DNA from: Chiloscyllium plagiosum
Lineage: Eukaryota
Direction of reading: 5' to 3'
Assembly (NCBI RefSeq): GCF_004010195.1
Contig: NW_025215056.1
Span: 7,789-60,941, forward strand
Length of the DNA stretch: 53,153 bases
Shown here: in pieces, positions 1 through 14,667 of the stretch
How the letters are laid out: every line of letters begins with the position of its first letter
Position numbering within the stretch: the stretch's first letter is position 1
Notes under the pieces: model-generated
What the model saw: the letters and a program-made list of their open reading frames with translations, nothing else
Told to the model about the DNA's origin: nothing
Databases searched by the model: none
Program-made: the position numbers and the translations under genes

Positions 1-3000
1 GGAGGGGCGGTTTTTGACGGGGTTGAGGGGAGTGGGCGGTGTTGGAAGAGGTTGGGGGAGGGTGCTGTGTTGGATGGGTTTGGGAGGAGGGGGCACTGCC
101 AACACACAGCCCCCAGCCTGACCCTCAACGCCACCCACACACTGCCCCAGGCCTGAACACCACCACTGTCCAACGTCACCCCTAGCCTGACCCTCACTGC
201 CGTCCACACACCGCCCGCAGCCTAACCTTCATTGCCGTCCACACACCGCCCCCTGCCTGACCCTCACTGCCGTCCACACACTGCCCACAGTCTGAATCTC
301 AACACCGACCACACACCCCCACAGCCTGGCCCCACCGCCGTCCACACACCGCCCGAGCCTGACCCTCACCATCGTCCACACACCACCCCAGCCTGACTGC
401 CACCATTGTCCACACACCATCCCAAGCCTGACGCTCACCACCGTCCACACACCGTCCAACACCGTTCCTCACGGCCGCCCACACACCTCCTCCAGCTTGA
501 ACCTCATTGCTGTCCACTCACCAACCCCACCCGACGCACACCACCGTCCACACGCCACCCCCAGCCTCACCCTCACTGCCGTCCACACACTGCCCCACAG
601 CCTGACACTCACTGCAGTCCAACACCGACCCCAGCCTGACTCTCACCGCGGTCCACACACCGCCCCCCAGCCTGACACTTACCATCGTCCACACACTGCC
701 CACAGCCTAACCCACATTGCCGTCCACATACCCCCAATAGAATGACCCACACCGTCCCCAGTCTGACCCTCACTGCCATCCACACACCACCCCATCCTGA
801 TCCTCACCACCATCCAAATATCGCCCCCACCCTGACACTCACCACCGTCCACACACCGCTCCCAGCCTGATCCTCGCCACCGTCCACAAACCGCCCCAAG
901 CCTGATACTCACCGCCGTTGAACACCCGCCCCCAAGCTGACCCCAACCACCGTACACGCACCGCCATTCAAATTGATATCTACCGCCGTCCACACACTAC
1001 GCCGAGCCTGACCCTCACCACCAACCAACACCACACCAAGCCTGACCCTCATCGCAATCCACACACCGCCCCCAGCCTGATTCTCACCACTGTCTACACA
1101 CCGCCACAAGCCTGACCCTCACCGCTGTCGACACACCAACACAAGCCTGTCCCTCACCAACCTCCACACACTGCTCCAGCCTGATCCTCACCGCTGTCAA
1201 CACACCGCCCTAAGCCTGACCGTTACCACAGTCAACACACCGCCCCCAGCCTGACCCTCACCACCGTTCACACATCACCCCCAGCCTGATACTCACCGCT
1301 GTCCAACACCAACATCCACACAGCGCCACCACCCTGACACTCATTGCCGTCTACATACCGGCCCCAGCCTGCCTCTCACTGACGTCCAACACCACCCCCA
1401 GACTGACTCTCACTGCCGTCCAACAATGTACCTAGCCTGCCCCTCACCACTGTCACACACCGCTCCCAGCCTGACCCTCGTTGCTGTCCACACACCGCCC
1501 CCAACTGGATCCTCACCGCCTTCCACACACTTCCCCCAGCCTGTCACTCACCATCGTCCACACACCGCTCCCAGCCTGACCATCGCTGCCATTCATCACC
1601 CGCACCCAGCCTGATCTTCACCACCATCCACACACCGCCCCCAGCCTGACCCTCACTGCCATCCATACCGTCCCCAGTCTGACCCTCACCACCGTCCACA
1701 CACTGCCCCCACCCTGACCCTCACCGCCCTCAGCCTGTCCCTCACCACTGTCCACACACCACCTCCAGCATGACTCTCACCGCCGCCAGCCTGACCCTCA
1801 CCGCTATCCACACACCGCTCCCAGCCTGATCCTCGCCGCCATCCAGAAACCAACCTCGCCTGATGCTCACCGCTGTTCAACACCCGCCCCCAGCCTGACC
1901 CCCACTACCGTCCACACTCTGCCCCCAGACTGACACCCACTGCCGTCCACACACCACCCCGCCTGACCCTCACCGCTGTCCAACACCACCCCCAGCCTGA
2001 TCCTCACCGCCATCCACACACCACCCGCAGCCTGACTCTCACCACAGAGCAACACCGCCCCCAGCCTGACCTTCACCGCCGCCCAGACACTGTTCCGAGT
2101 CTGACCCTCACAGCCGTCCAACACCGTCACGAGCCTGACCCTCACCGCCGGCCACATACCGCTCCAGACTGACACTCACAGCCGTCCACACATTTCCCCA
2201 GCCAGTTCCTCACTCCCGTCCACCCACCGCCCCCAGCCTGACACTCACCTACATCCAAAACTGCCCTGAGCCTGATTCTCACTGCCATTTACACACTGAA
2301 TTCAGCCTGTCCGGGTGACACTGGAGGTGGCGTGTGGACGGTGGTGTGGGTCAGGCTGGGGGCCACCACCAGCCTAATCCTTACCGCTGTCAACACAACG
2401 CCCCCAGCCTGACCACCACCTACATCCACACACCGCCCCCAGCCTGACCCACACCACCGTCCACACGCCACCTCCAGTGTCACCCTCACTGCCGTCCACA
2501 CACCGTGACCAGCCTGACACTCACTGCAGTCCCACACCAACCCCAGCCTGACTCTGCCATCGTCCACACACAGCCCCCATCCTGACCCTCACCGCCATCC
2601 AAATTTCACCCCACCCTGACACTCACCACCGTCCAGACACCGCCCTCATCCTGACCCTCACTGCCGTTCACAAATCTCCCCCACCCTGACACCCACCAAC
2701 GTACAACACAGCCCCCAGCATGATCCACATCGCCCTCACCCTGATGCTCACCACCGTCCAGAAACCGAACCCAGCCTGAACCTCACTGCAGTCCACACAC
2801 CACCTCCAGCCTGACCGTGAACGCTGTCCACACATCACCCCCAGCCTGAACCTCACCGCCTTCCATAAACCATCCCCTGCCTGACCCTCACCGCCATCCA
2901 CTCACTGCCCCCAGCCTCACCGTCACTGCCCCCAGCCTGACCCTCACTACCGTCCACACACCACCCCCCAGCCTGACCCTCACCGCCGTTCAACACCGCC

Positions 3001-4936
3001 CACAGCCTGGCCCACAGCGCCATCCACACATCACTCCCAGACTGACACCCACCGCCGTCAATACACTACCCCCAGCCTGACCCTCACCACCGACCAACAC
3101 CACCCCAAGCCTGACCCTCACTGCAATCCACACACCGCCCCCAGCCTGATTCTCACCACTGTCTACACAACGCCCCAAGCCTGACCCACACCGACGCAAG
3201 CCCTTCCCTCACCAACCTCCACACACTGCCCTCAGCCTGATCTTCACCGCATTCGACACACCACCCGCAGCCTGACCATCACCGCCATCGATACCGTCCC
3301 CAGTCTGACCCTCACCACCGTTACACACCGCCCCCAGGCTGACCCTCACCGCCCTCAGCCCGTCCCTCACCACTGTCCACACACTGCCCCCAGACTGACC
3401 CTCTCCACCTTCCACACACCACCCCCTGCATGACCATCACTGCCATCCCCAGCCTCACCATCACCGCCGTCCAACACTGCCCATAGGCTGACCCTCACCG
3501 CCATCCACACACCACTCCCAGCTTGACCCTCGCCACCGACCACAAACCACCCCAGCCTGACACTCACTGCCGTATAACTCCCGCCCCCAGCCTGACCCCC
3601 ACCTCCGTCCACACACCGCCTCCAGCCTGACACCCACCGGCGTCCAAACAACAATGCCGCCTGACCCTCACCGCTGTCCAACACCGTCCCCAGCCTGACC
3701 CTCATCGCCATCCACCCACTGCACCCAGCCTGTTCTACACACCGCCCCAAGCCTGATCGTCACCGCCGTCTACACACCGCCCCAGCCTGACGCTCACCAC
3801 CGACCGCACACCGCCCCAGCCTGACCCTCACCCGCCGTCCACACACCGCCCCGAGACTGAGCCTCACTGCCATCAAACACCGCCTCCAGACTGACCCTCA
3901 CCGCCGTCCAACAACGTCGCTGGCATGCCCATCACTGCTGTCACACGCCGCCCCTATCCTGACCCTAACGGCCGTCCACACACCGCACACAGCCTGGCAC
4001 ACGCTGCAGTCCACACACCGTCCCCAACCTGACACTCGCTGCCATCCACACACCGACCCCAGCCTGGCCCTCACCGCCATCCACACAGTGCCCTAAGCCT
4101 GACACTCACCACTATTCACACACCACTCCCAGCCTCACTCTCACCGCTGTTCAATACCCGCACGCAGCCTTCCTTTCACTGTAAACACACCGCCCACAGC
4201 CTGACCCTCACTGTTGTCCAACACCACCCCAGCCTGTCCCTCACCGCCCCCAGCACGACCCTCATCGCCGTCTGCACACCGCTGCCAGCCTCACTCTCAC
4301 TGCCATCCTCAAACCACCCCCAGCCTGACCCTCACTGCTGTCCACACATAGCACCCAGCCAAACCCTCACCGCCATCCGCACACCGCCCCCCCAGCAAAC
4401 GTTCAACTTCGCCCTCAGCCTGACCCTCACCACCATCCAACATCGCCCACAAGCTGACCCTCACTGTCGTCCAACATTGCCCCCATCCTGACTCTCACAG
4501 CCCCCAGCCTGAACCTCACCATCGCCCACATACCGCCCCTGCCTGAACCTCACCACCGTCCACTCACCACCTCCAGCCTGACTCTCACCACCGTCCAACA
4601 TCGACCACAGCATGACCCTCGCCACCATCTGCACACTTCCCCATCCTGACCCTCACCACCGGCGACCCACCGCCCTATCCTGACACTCACCGCCATCCAC
4701 ACCCCGCCTCCAGCCTGACACACACTGCCATCCACACACCGTCCCCAGCCTGACACTCACGCGCATCCAACGCGGACCCCAGCATGACCCTCACCACCAT
4801 CCACAAACCGCCCCAGCCTGACCTTCACGCCGCTCACACACTGCCTCCAGCCTGACCGTCACTACTTTCCATACACCGCCCCCAGCCTGACCCTCATCGC
4901 TGTCCAACGCCGCCCCCAGCCTGACCCTCACCACCA

Positions 4937-5161
4937 GGTGAAAGTGAGGACTGCAGATACTGGAGGTCAGAGCTGAAAAATGTGTTGCTGGAAAAGCGCA
5001 GCAAGTCAGGCAGCATCCAAGGAGTAGGAGATTCGACATTTTACGCATAAGCCCTTCTTCAGGAAACAATCCTGAAGAAGGGCCTATGCCAGAAAAGTCG
5101 ATTCTTCTACTCCTTGGATGCTGCCTGACCTGCTGCCCTTTTCCAGTGACATTTTTTAGCT
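4937..5161. mobile_element. Palindromic Penelope-like (PLE) terminal cassette with two head-to-head hammerhead motifs, copy 1
   Basis: Arms AGCTGAAAAATGTGTTGCTGGAAAAG...GCCCTTCTTCAGGA / TCCTGAAGAAGGGC...CTTTTCCAGTGACATTTTTTAGCT are reverse complements around ~5067; + strand core CTGAAGA at 5072 followed by GGGC..GCCA-GAAAAGTC. Confidence 0.85.
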
Positions 5162-6608
5162 CTGACCCTCACCGCCGCGCAGATACCGCCCGCAGCCTGA
5201 CCCTCGCTGCCTTCCACGCTCTGCCCCCAGCCTGAACCCCACCACATTCCAAAACTGTGCCCAGCCTGACCCCCACCGCCATGCAAACACCACACTCAGC
5301 TGGACTCTCATGGTATCCTCCACACCGCCCCCAGTCTGACCCTCACCGCCACTGACACACCGCGCCCAGCGTGACCCTCAGCACCGTCCACTCAATACGC
5401 CCAGCCTGACCCTCGCCACCGTCCAAACACGGCCCCCAGCCTGACCCTAAGCATCGTCCAAACACAGCCGCTAGGCTGATCCTCACCGCCGTACAAATAA
5501 CGCCACCAGCCTGACCTTCACCACCGTCCACATAACGCCCGCAAGCTGACACACATCGCAATGCACATACTGCCCCAGTCTGACCCTCATCGCCCTCCAC
5601 ACACCGCCCGCCGCCTGAACCTGAACGCCATCTGCACACCGTCCCCATCAAGACCCTCACTGCTGTCCACACACTGCCCACAGCCTGACCCACACCACGA
5701 GCTTGACACACACCGCCATCCACACACCATCACCAGCCTGACTCATACGGTCGTCCAACACCGACCCCAGCCTGACACTCATCGCCGTCCGCACAGCACC
5801 CCAGCATGACCCTCACTGCCGTCCACAAACCGCCCCAGCCTGACTCTCACCGCACCAACACACAGCGCCCAACATGACCCTCACTGCCATGCACACAACG
5901 CTGCCATACTGGTCCTCACCACCGTCCACACACCGCCCCCAACCGGACCCTCACTGCCGTTCTCTCAACCAGACCCTGGCTTCCATCCACACACCGCCCC
6001 CTCCATGACACCCACCACCATCCAACACTTCCCCGAGTCTGACCATCACCACCGTCCACACACCGCTGCCATCCTGACCCTCACCGCCATGCACATACTG
6101 CCGCCAGCCTGTCCCTCACTGCCGTCCACTCACCTCCCCCAGCCAGACCCTCACCACTGTCCACACACCGCTGCCAGCCTGACCCTCATCGTCGTCACAC
6201 ACTGCCCCAAGCGTGACCCTGAACGCTGTCCACACACTGCCCACAGCCTTACCCTCACCACCGCCCACACATCGTCCACAGACTGACCCTCATCGACGTC
6301 CACACACTGCCCCAGCATGACACTCGCTACCATCCACATACCGCCCTCATCTTGACTCTCACTGCCGTCCACACACCGCCCCCAGCCTGACACTCACGGC
6401 CGTCCTACATCGACCCCAGCCTGACACTCATCGCCGTTCACACACCGCCTCAGCATGTTCCTCACCGCCATCAACAAACAGCTCCAAGCCTGACCCTCAC
6501 GTCGGTCACACACTGCCTCAAGCCTGACCCTCACCACTTTCCACATGCGGCCAACAGGCTGAAGCTCACCGCCGTTCAACTCCGCCTCCAGCATGACCCT
6601 CACTGCCA

Positions 6609-6793
6609 GGAGAAAGTGAGGACTGCAAATGCTGGAGATCAGAGCTGCAAAATGTGTTGCTGGAAAAGCCCAGCAGGTCAGGCAGCATCCAAGAATCAAT
6701 CCTGAAGGAGGGCTTATGACCGTAACGTCGATTCCCGTGCTCCTTGGATGCTGCCTGACCTGCTGCACTTTTCCAGTGACACATTCTTTAGCT
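6609..6793. mobile_element. Palindromic PLE cassette, copy 2 (left hammerhead deleted)
   Basis: Same arms and same satellite junctions as copy 1; about 40 bp of the left arm is missing; right core mutated (CTGAAGG, GTAAC). Confidence 0.85.
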
Positions 6794-8508
6794 CTGACCC
6801 TCACCGCCGCGCTGACACCGTCCCCAGCCTGACCCTCGCCGCCTTCCACGCACTGCCCCCAGCCTGACCCGCACCACACTCCAAAACTGTGCTCAACGTG
6901 ACCCTCACCGGGATCCAAGCACCACACTCAGCTGGACTCTCATGGCACCACACACACCACCCCCAGCCTGACCCTCAGAGCCACCCACATACCGTGCCCA
7001 GCCTGACCCTCACCACCGTCCACACACCGTCACCCAGCCGGACCATCACTGCCATCCAGTCAATGCCCCAGCCTGAGCCTCACCGCTGTCCACACAATGC
7101 CCCAGCGTGACCCTCAGCATTGTCCAAACACAGCCCAAGCCTGATCCTCACCGCCGTCTACACACCGCCCCAGCCTGACGCTCACCACCGACCGCACACC
7201 GCCCCAGCCTGACCCTCACCCACCGTCCACACACCGCCCCGAGACTGAGCCTCACTGCCATCAAACACCGCCTCCAGATTGACCCTCACCGCCGTCCATC
7301 AACGTCGCTGGCATGCCCATCACTGCTGTCACACGCCGCACACAGCCTGGCACACGCTGCAGTCCACACACTGTCCCCAACCTGACACTCGCTGCCATCC
7401 ACACACCGACCCCAGCCTGGCCCTCACCGCCATCCACACAGTGCCCTAAGCCTAAAACTCACCACTATTCACACAACACTCCCAGCCTCACTCTCACTGC
7501 TGTTCAATACCCGCACGCAGCCTTCCTTTCACTGTAAACACACCGCCCACAGCCTGACCCTCACTGTTGTCCAACACCACCCCAGCCTGTCCCTCACCGC
7601 CCCCAGCCCGACCCTCATCGCCGTCTGCACACCGCCGCCAGCCTGACTCTCACTGCCATCCTCACACCACCCCCAGCCTGACCCTCACTGCTGTCCACAC
7701 ATAGCACCCAGCCAAACCCTCACCGCCATCCACACACCGCCCCCCCAGCAAAACCCTCACCGCCGTCCACACACCACCCCACCCTGACACACACCACTAT
7801 CCAACACTGTCCCGAACCTGACCTTCACCAACGTCCACACACAGCTGCGATTCTGGCCCTCATAGCCGTCCACACACTGCCGCCAGCCTGACCTTCACAG
7901 CCGTCCACACACCACTCCCAGCCAGACCCTCACTGAAGTCCACACTCTGCCCCCAGCCTGACCCTCACCACCGTTCAACTTCGCCTTCAGCCTGACCCTC
8001 ACCACCATCCAACATCGCCCACAAGCTGACCCTCACTGTCGTCCAACATTGCCCCCATCCTGACTCTCACAGCCCCCAGCCTGAACCTCACCATCGCCCA
8101 CATACCGCCCCTGCCTGAACCTCACCACCGTCCACTCACCACCTCCAGCCTGACTCTCACCACCGTCCAACATCGACCACAGCATGACCCTCGCCACCAT
8201 CTGCACACTTCCCCATCCTGACCCTCACCACCGGCGACCCACCGCCCTATCCTGACACTCACCGCCATCCACACCCCGCCTCCAGCCTGACACACACTGC
8301 CATCCACACACCGTCCCCAGCCTGACACTCACGCGCATCCAACGCGGACCCCAGCATGACCCTCACCACCATCCACAAACCGCCCCAGCCTGACCTTCAC
8401 GCCGCTCACACACTGCCTCCAGCCTGACTGTCACTACTTTCCATACACCGCCCCCAGCCTGACCCTCATCGCTGTCCAACGCCGCCCCCAGCCTGACCCT
8501 CACCACCA

Positions 8509-8733
8509 GGTGAAAGTGAGGACTGCAGATACTGGAGGTCAGAGCTGAAAAATGTGTTGCTGGAAAAGCGCAGCAAGTCAGGCAGCATCCAAGGAGTAGG
8601 AGATTCGACATTTTACGCATAAGCCCTTCTTCAGGAAACAATCCTGAAGAAGGGCCTATGCCAGAAAAGTCGATTCTTCTACTCCTTGGATGCTGCCTGA
8701 CCTGCTGCCCTTTTCCAGTGACATTTTTTAGCT
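8509..8733. mobile_element. Palindromic PLE cassette, copy 3 (duplicate of copy 1)
   Basis: Essentially identical to 4937-5161 at offset 3572. Confidence 0.85.
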
Positions 8734-9733
8734 CTGACCCTCACCGCCGCGCAGATACCGCCCGCAGCCTGACCCTCGCTGCCTTCCACGCTCTGCCCCC
8801 AGCCTGAACCCCACCACATTCCAAAACTGTGCCCAGCCTGACCCCCACCGCCATGCAAACACCACACTCAGCTGGACTCTCATGGTACCCTCCACACCGC
8901 CCCCAGTGTGACCCTCACCGCCACTGACACACCGCGCCCAGCGTGACCCTCAGCACCGTCCACACACCGTCGCCCAGCTGGACCATCACCACCGTCCACT
9001 CAATACGCCCAGCCTGACACTCGCCACCGTCCAAACACGGCCCCCAGCCTGACCCTAAGCATCGTCCAAACACAGCCGCTAGGCTGATCCTCACCGCCGT
9101 ACAAATAACGCCACCAGCCTGACCTTCACCACCGTCCACATAACGCCCGCAAGCTGACACACATCGCAATGCACATACTGCCCCAGTCTGACCCTCATCG
9201 CCCTCCACACACCGCCCGCCGCCTGAACCTGAACACCATCTGCACACCGTCCCCATCCAGACCCTCACTGCTGTCCACACACTGCCCACAGCCTGACCCA
9301 CACCACGAGCTTGACACACACCGCCATCCACACACCATCACCAGCCTGAATCATACGGTCGTCCAACACCGACCCCAGCCTGACACTCATCGCCGTCCAC
9401 AAAGCACCCCAGCATGACCCTCACTGCCGTCCACAAACCGCCCCAGCCTGACTCTCACCGCCACCAACACACAGCGCCCAACATGACCCTCACTGCTATG
9501 CACACAACGCTGCCATACTGGTCCTCACCACCGTCCACATACCGCCCCCAACCGGACCCTCACTGCCGTTCTCTCAACCAGACCCTGGCTTCCATCCACA
9601 CACCGCCCCCTCCATGACACCCACCACCATCCAACACTTCCCCGAGTCTGACCATCACCACCGTCCACACACCGCTGCCATCCTGACCCTCACCGCCATG
9701 CACATACTGCCGCCAGCCTGTCCCTCACTGCCG

Positions 9734-10145
9734 NNNNNNNNNNNNNNNNNNNNNNNNNNNNNNNNNNNNNNNNNNNNNNNNNNNNNNNNNNNNNNNNNNN
9801 NNNNNNNNNNNNNNNNNNNNNNNNNNNNNNNNNNNNNNNNNNNNNNNNNNNNNNNNNNNNNNNNNNNNNNNNNNNNNNNNNNNNNNNNNNNNNNNNNNNN
9901 NNNNNNNNNNNNNNNNNNNNNNNNNNNNNNNNNNNNNNNNNNNNNNNNNNNNNNNNNNNNNNNNNNNNNNNNNNNNNNNNNNNNNNNNNNNNNNNNNNNN
10001 NNNNNNNNNNNNNNNNNNNNNNNNNNNNNNNNNNNNNNNNNNNNNNNNNNNNNNNNNNNNNNNNNNNNNNNNNNNNNNNNNNNNNNNNNNNNNNNNNNNN
10101 NNNNNNNNNNNNNNNNNNNNNNNNNNNNNNNNNNNNNNNNNNNNN
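9734..10145. other. Assembly gap (N run)
   Basis: 412 Ns. Confidence 1.
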
Positions 10146-13100
10146 CACCGCCGCGCTGACACCGTCCCCAGCCTGACCCTCGCCGCCTTCCACGCACTGC
10201 CCCCAGCCTGACCCCCACCACACTCCAAAACTGTGCTCAACCTGACCCTCACCGGGATCCAAGCACCACACTCAGCTGGACTCTCATGGCACCACACACA
10301 GCACCCCCAGCCTGACCCTCAGAGCCACCCACACACCGTGCCAGCCTGACCCTCACCACTGTCCACACACCGTCACCCAGCCGGACCATCACCGCCATCC
10401 AGTCAATGCCCCAGCCTGAGCCTCACCGCTGTCCACACAACGCCCCAGCGTGACCCTCAGCATTGTCCAAACACAGCCGCTAGCCTGAGCCTCACCACCA
10501 TACAAACACCACCACCAGCCTAAGCTTCACCACTGTCCACATACCGGCCGCAGACTGACGCACACCGCAATGCACACACTCCCCAGTCTGACCCTCACCG
10601 CCCTCCAAACACCTCCCGCCGCCTGGGCGTCAACGCCGCCTGCACGTCGCCCCCATCTGGACCCTCACCGCTCTCCACACACCGCCCCCATCCTGCCCCT
10701 CACCACCATCTACACATCTCCCCCAGCCTGTCCCTCACTGCCATCCACGCACAGGCCCCCGCATGACCCTCACTGCCATCAACACACCGCCCCAAGCCTG
10801 ACAATCACGGACCCCCACACTCCGCTCCCCTTCTGACCCTCACCGTCGTCCACACACTGCTCCCAGCCTGATCCTAACTGCCGTCCACACACCGCCCCTA
10901 GCCTGACCCTCACCATCATTCACACACCGCCCCCAACCTGAACCTCACGGTCATCCACACTCCGCCGCCAATCTGACCCTCACCACCGTCCACACACCTC
11001 GCCCAGCCTGAACCTCACGGCAGTCCACACACCGCCCCCAACCTGACCCTCACCACCGTCCAAAAACCGTCCCCAGCCTGACTCTCACCTCTGTCCACTC
11101 AATGCCTCCAGTCTGACCCTTACTGCCGTCGAAAACCGCCCCCAACCTGACCCTCCCCGCCGTCCACTCAAAGCCCACAGTCTGACCCTCACCGCCATCC
11201 ACACACCGACCCCAGCCTGACCCTCACCGCCGTCCACACACTGCCCCCAGCCTGAAACTCACCACGGTTCACACACCACTCCCAGCCTCACTCTCCCCGC
11301 CGTTCTACACCCGCACCCTGCCTGACTCTCACTGCCATAAACACACCGCCACAAGGCTGACTCTCATCACCGGCCAACATCGCCCACAGCCTGACCCTCA
11401 CCACCCCCAACCTGACCCTCATCGCCGTCCACACACTGCCCCCAGCCAAACCCTCACCGCCGTCCACACACCACCCCCAGCCAAACTCTCACCGCCGTCC
11501 ACATATCATACACAGCCTGACCCTCACCACCATCCAACACTGCCCCTCACCGCCGTTCACACACCACTCCCACCCTGACACCCACCACCATCCAACACTG
11601 CCCTGCGCCTGACCCTCACCACCGTCCACACACCACTGCCATACTGGTCCTCACAGCCGTCCAGTCACTGTCGCCAGCCTGACTTTCACAGCCATCCACA
11701 CACCGCCCCCAGCCAGACCCTCACCAACGTCCACACACTGCACCCAACCAGACCCTCACCACCATTCGCACACTACCCCTAGCCTGACCCTCACCACTGT
11801 CCACACACTGCCCCCACCCCGACCCTCACTGCTGCCCACACAACGCCCTTAGCCTGACCCTCACCACCATCCAACACCGCACCCAGCCTGACCCTTACCA
11901 CCATCCAACATTGCCCACAGCCTGACACTCACTGTCGTCCAACACCGCCCCCACCCTGACCCTCACCGCCCAGCCTGGCCCTTACTGCCGTCCACACACC
12001 GACCCAGCCAAACCCTCACCGCCATCCACACATCATCTGCAGCCTGACTCTCACCACAATCCAACATTGCCCCGAGCCTGACCCTCAACGCCGTCCACAC
12101 TGACATCCGCCACCATCCAACACTACCCCGAGCCTGACCCTCACCGCCGTCCACACACCGCTGCCATACTGGCCCTCACAGCCTTCCACACACTGCCGCC
12201 AGCCTGACTTTCACAGCCGTCCACACACCATTCCCAGCCAGACCCTCACTGACGTCCACACATTGACCCCAGCCAAACCCTCACTGACGTCCACTCACCT
12301 CCCCCAACCAGACCCTCACCGCCATTCGCACACTACCCCTAGCCTGACCCTCACCGCTGTCCACACACTGCCCCCATCCTGACCCTCACTGCCGCCCACA
12401 CAGCGCCCCCAGCCTGACCCTTACCACCGTCCAACATTGCCCACAGCCTGCCCCTCACTGTCGTCCAACACTGACCCGACCCTGACCCTGACAGCCGCCC
12501 ACACAGCGCCCCCAGCCTGACCCTCACCACTGTCCAACATCACCCACCGGCTGACCTTCACCGCCCTCCACACTCTGCCCCCACCCTGTCCCTCACCACC
12601 GCCTACCCACCGCCCCCAGCCTGGCACTCACTGCCCTCCACACACCGCTCCTAGAGTGACACTCACCGCCATCCACACACCGCCCCGAGCCTGACACACA
12701 CCGCCATCCACACACCGTCCCCAGCCTGACACACACGGTCGTCCAACACCGACTCCAGCCTGACACTCAACGCCGTCCACACAGCACACCAGTATGACCC
12801 TCACCGCCGTCCACAAACGGCCCCAGCCTGACCCTCACCGCCACCAACACACAGCGTCCAACATGACCCTCACTGCCATGCACACACCGCCCCCAGCCTG
12901 ACCCTCACGACCGTCCACACACCGCCCCCAGCCAGACCCTCGCTGCCGTCCACACACCGCCTCCACCTTGACACACACTACCATCCAACACTTCCCCGAG
13001 CCTGACCATCACCACCGTCCACACACCGCTGCCATCCTGACCCTCACTGCCTTGCACACACTTCCGCCAGCCTGTCCCTCACTGACGTCCACTCACTTCC

Positions 13101-13468
13101 CCAGCCGGACCCTCACCGTCGTCCACACACCGCCCCCAGCCTGACCCTGACCGACGTCCACATACCACCCCAACCAGACCCTAAGTTCAGTTCGAAAACT
13201 AGCCCCAGCCTGACCCTCACCGCTGTCCACACACTGCACCCACCCCTAAACTCTGTGCCGCCCACACATCGCCCACTGCCTGACCCTCACAGACGTCCAC
13301 ACACTGCCCCCAGCATGACCCTCACCGCCGTCCACAAACCGCCCCAAGCCTGATCCTCACGCCCCTCACACACTGCCTCCAGCCTGACCATCACCGCTTT
13401 CCACGCGCAGCAAACGAGCTGACCCTCACCACCGTCCAACTCTGCCCCCAGCCTGACACTCTTGCCAA

Positions 13469-13692
13469 GAGAAAGTGAGGACTGCAGATGCTAGAGATCA
13501 GAGCTGAAAAATGTGTTGCTGGAAAAGCGCAGCAGGTCAGGCAGTATCCAAGGAGCAAGACAATTGAAGTTTCGAGCATAAGCCCTTCTTCAGGAATCAA
13601 TCCTGAAGTGGGACGTATGCCCGTAACGTCGATTCCTGCTCCTTGGATGCTGCCTGACCTGCTGCACCTTTCCAGCTACACATTTTTTAGCT
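13469..13692. mobile_element. Palindromic PLE cassette, copy 4
   Basis: GAGAAAGTGAGGACTGCAGATGC start, AGGAATCAATCCT centre, same junctions; right core mutated (CTGAAGT, GTAAC). Confidence 0.85.
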
Positions 13693-14667
13693 CTGACCCA
13701 CACCGCCACCCAGACACTGTCCCCAGCCTGACACTCGCCGCCTTCCACGCACTGGCCCCAGCCTGACCCCCAACACATCTCCCAAAACCGTGCTCAGCCT
13801 GACCCCCACCGCCATCCAAACACCATTCTCAACTGGACACTCATGGCACCCCACACACCGCCCCAGCCTGACCCTCACAGCCACCCACACACCACACACA
13901 GCCTGACTCTCACCACCGTCCACACACCGTCCCCCAGCCGGATCATCACTGCCATCCACTTAATGCCCCCAGCCTGAGCCTCACCGCTGTCCAAACACGG
14001 ACCCAGCCTGACCCTCAGCATTGTCCAAACACAGCGCTAGCCTGAGCCTCACCGCCGTACAAACACCGCCACCAACCTAATTTGAACCACCGTTCACGTA
14101 CCTCCTGCAGGCTGACCCACACCGCAATGCACACACAGCCCTCCAAACACCGCCGCTGCCTGAACCTCAATGCCGCCTGCACGCCGTCCCCATCCTAACC
14201 CTCACCGCCGTCCACACTCCGCCCCCAACCTGCCCCTCACCGCCGTCCACACACCGCCCCCAGCCCGATCCTCATGGCAGTCCACACACCGCCCCCAACC
14301 TGACTGTCACCGCCGTCCACACATCGCCCCCAGTCTGACCCTCACCACTGTCCAACATTACCCACAGCCTAACCCTCACTGTCGTCTAACACCGCCCCCA
14401 GCCTGACCCTCTCCACCACCAGCCTGACCTTCACTGCCGACCATTCACCGCACACCACCCGGACACCCACCACCATCCAACACTGCCCCGAGATGGACCC
14501 TTACTGCCGTCCACACACCGCCGCCAGCATGACCCGCACCGCCGTCCACACACCGACCCCAGTCAGAACCTCACCACTGTCCACACACTGCCCGCAGCCT
14601 GACCCTCACCACCGTCCACACGCTGTCCCCATCCAGACCCTCACCGCCGTCTACACACCGCTCCCAG

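Noticed and set aside
4937..5161. Cassette as a rho-independent terminator or DNA-transposon MITE with TIRs
   Set aside because: Eukaryotic context, asymmetric arms, a ~15-bp TSD and identity with the terminus of a GIY-YIG retroelement point to a Penelope origin.
9614..10297. Long ORFs of 180-290 aa here and at 14493-14990 and 41100-41960
   Set aside because: Artefacts of translating through N gaps.
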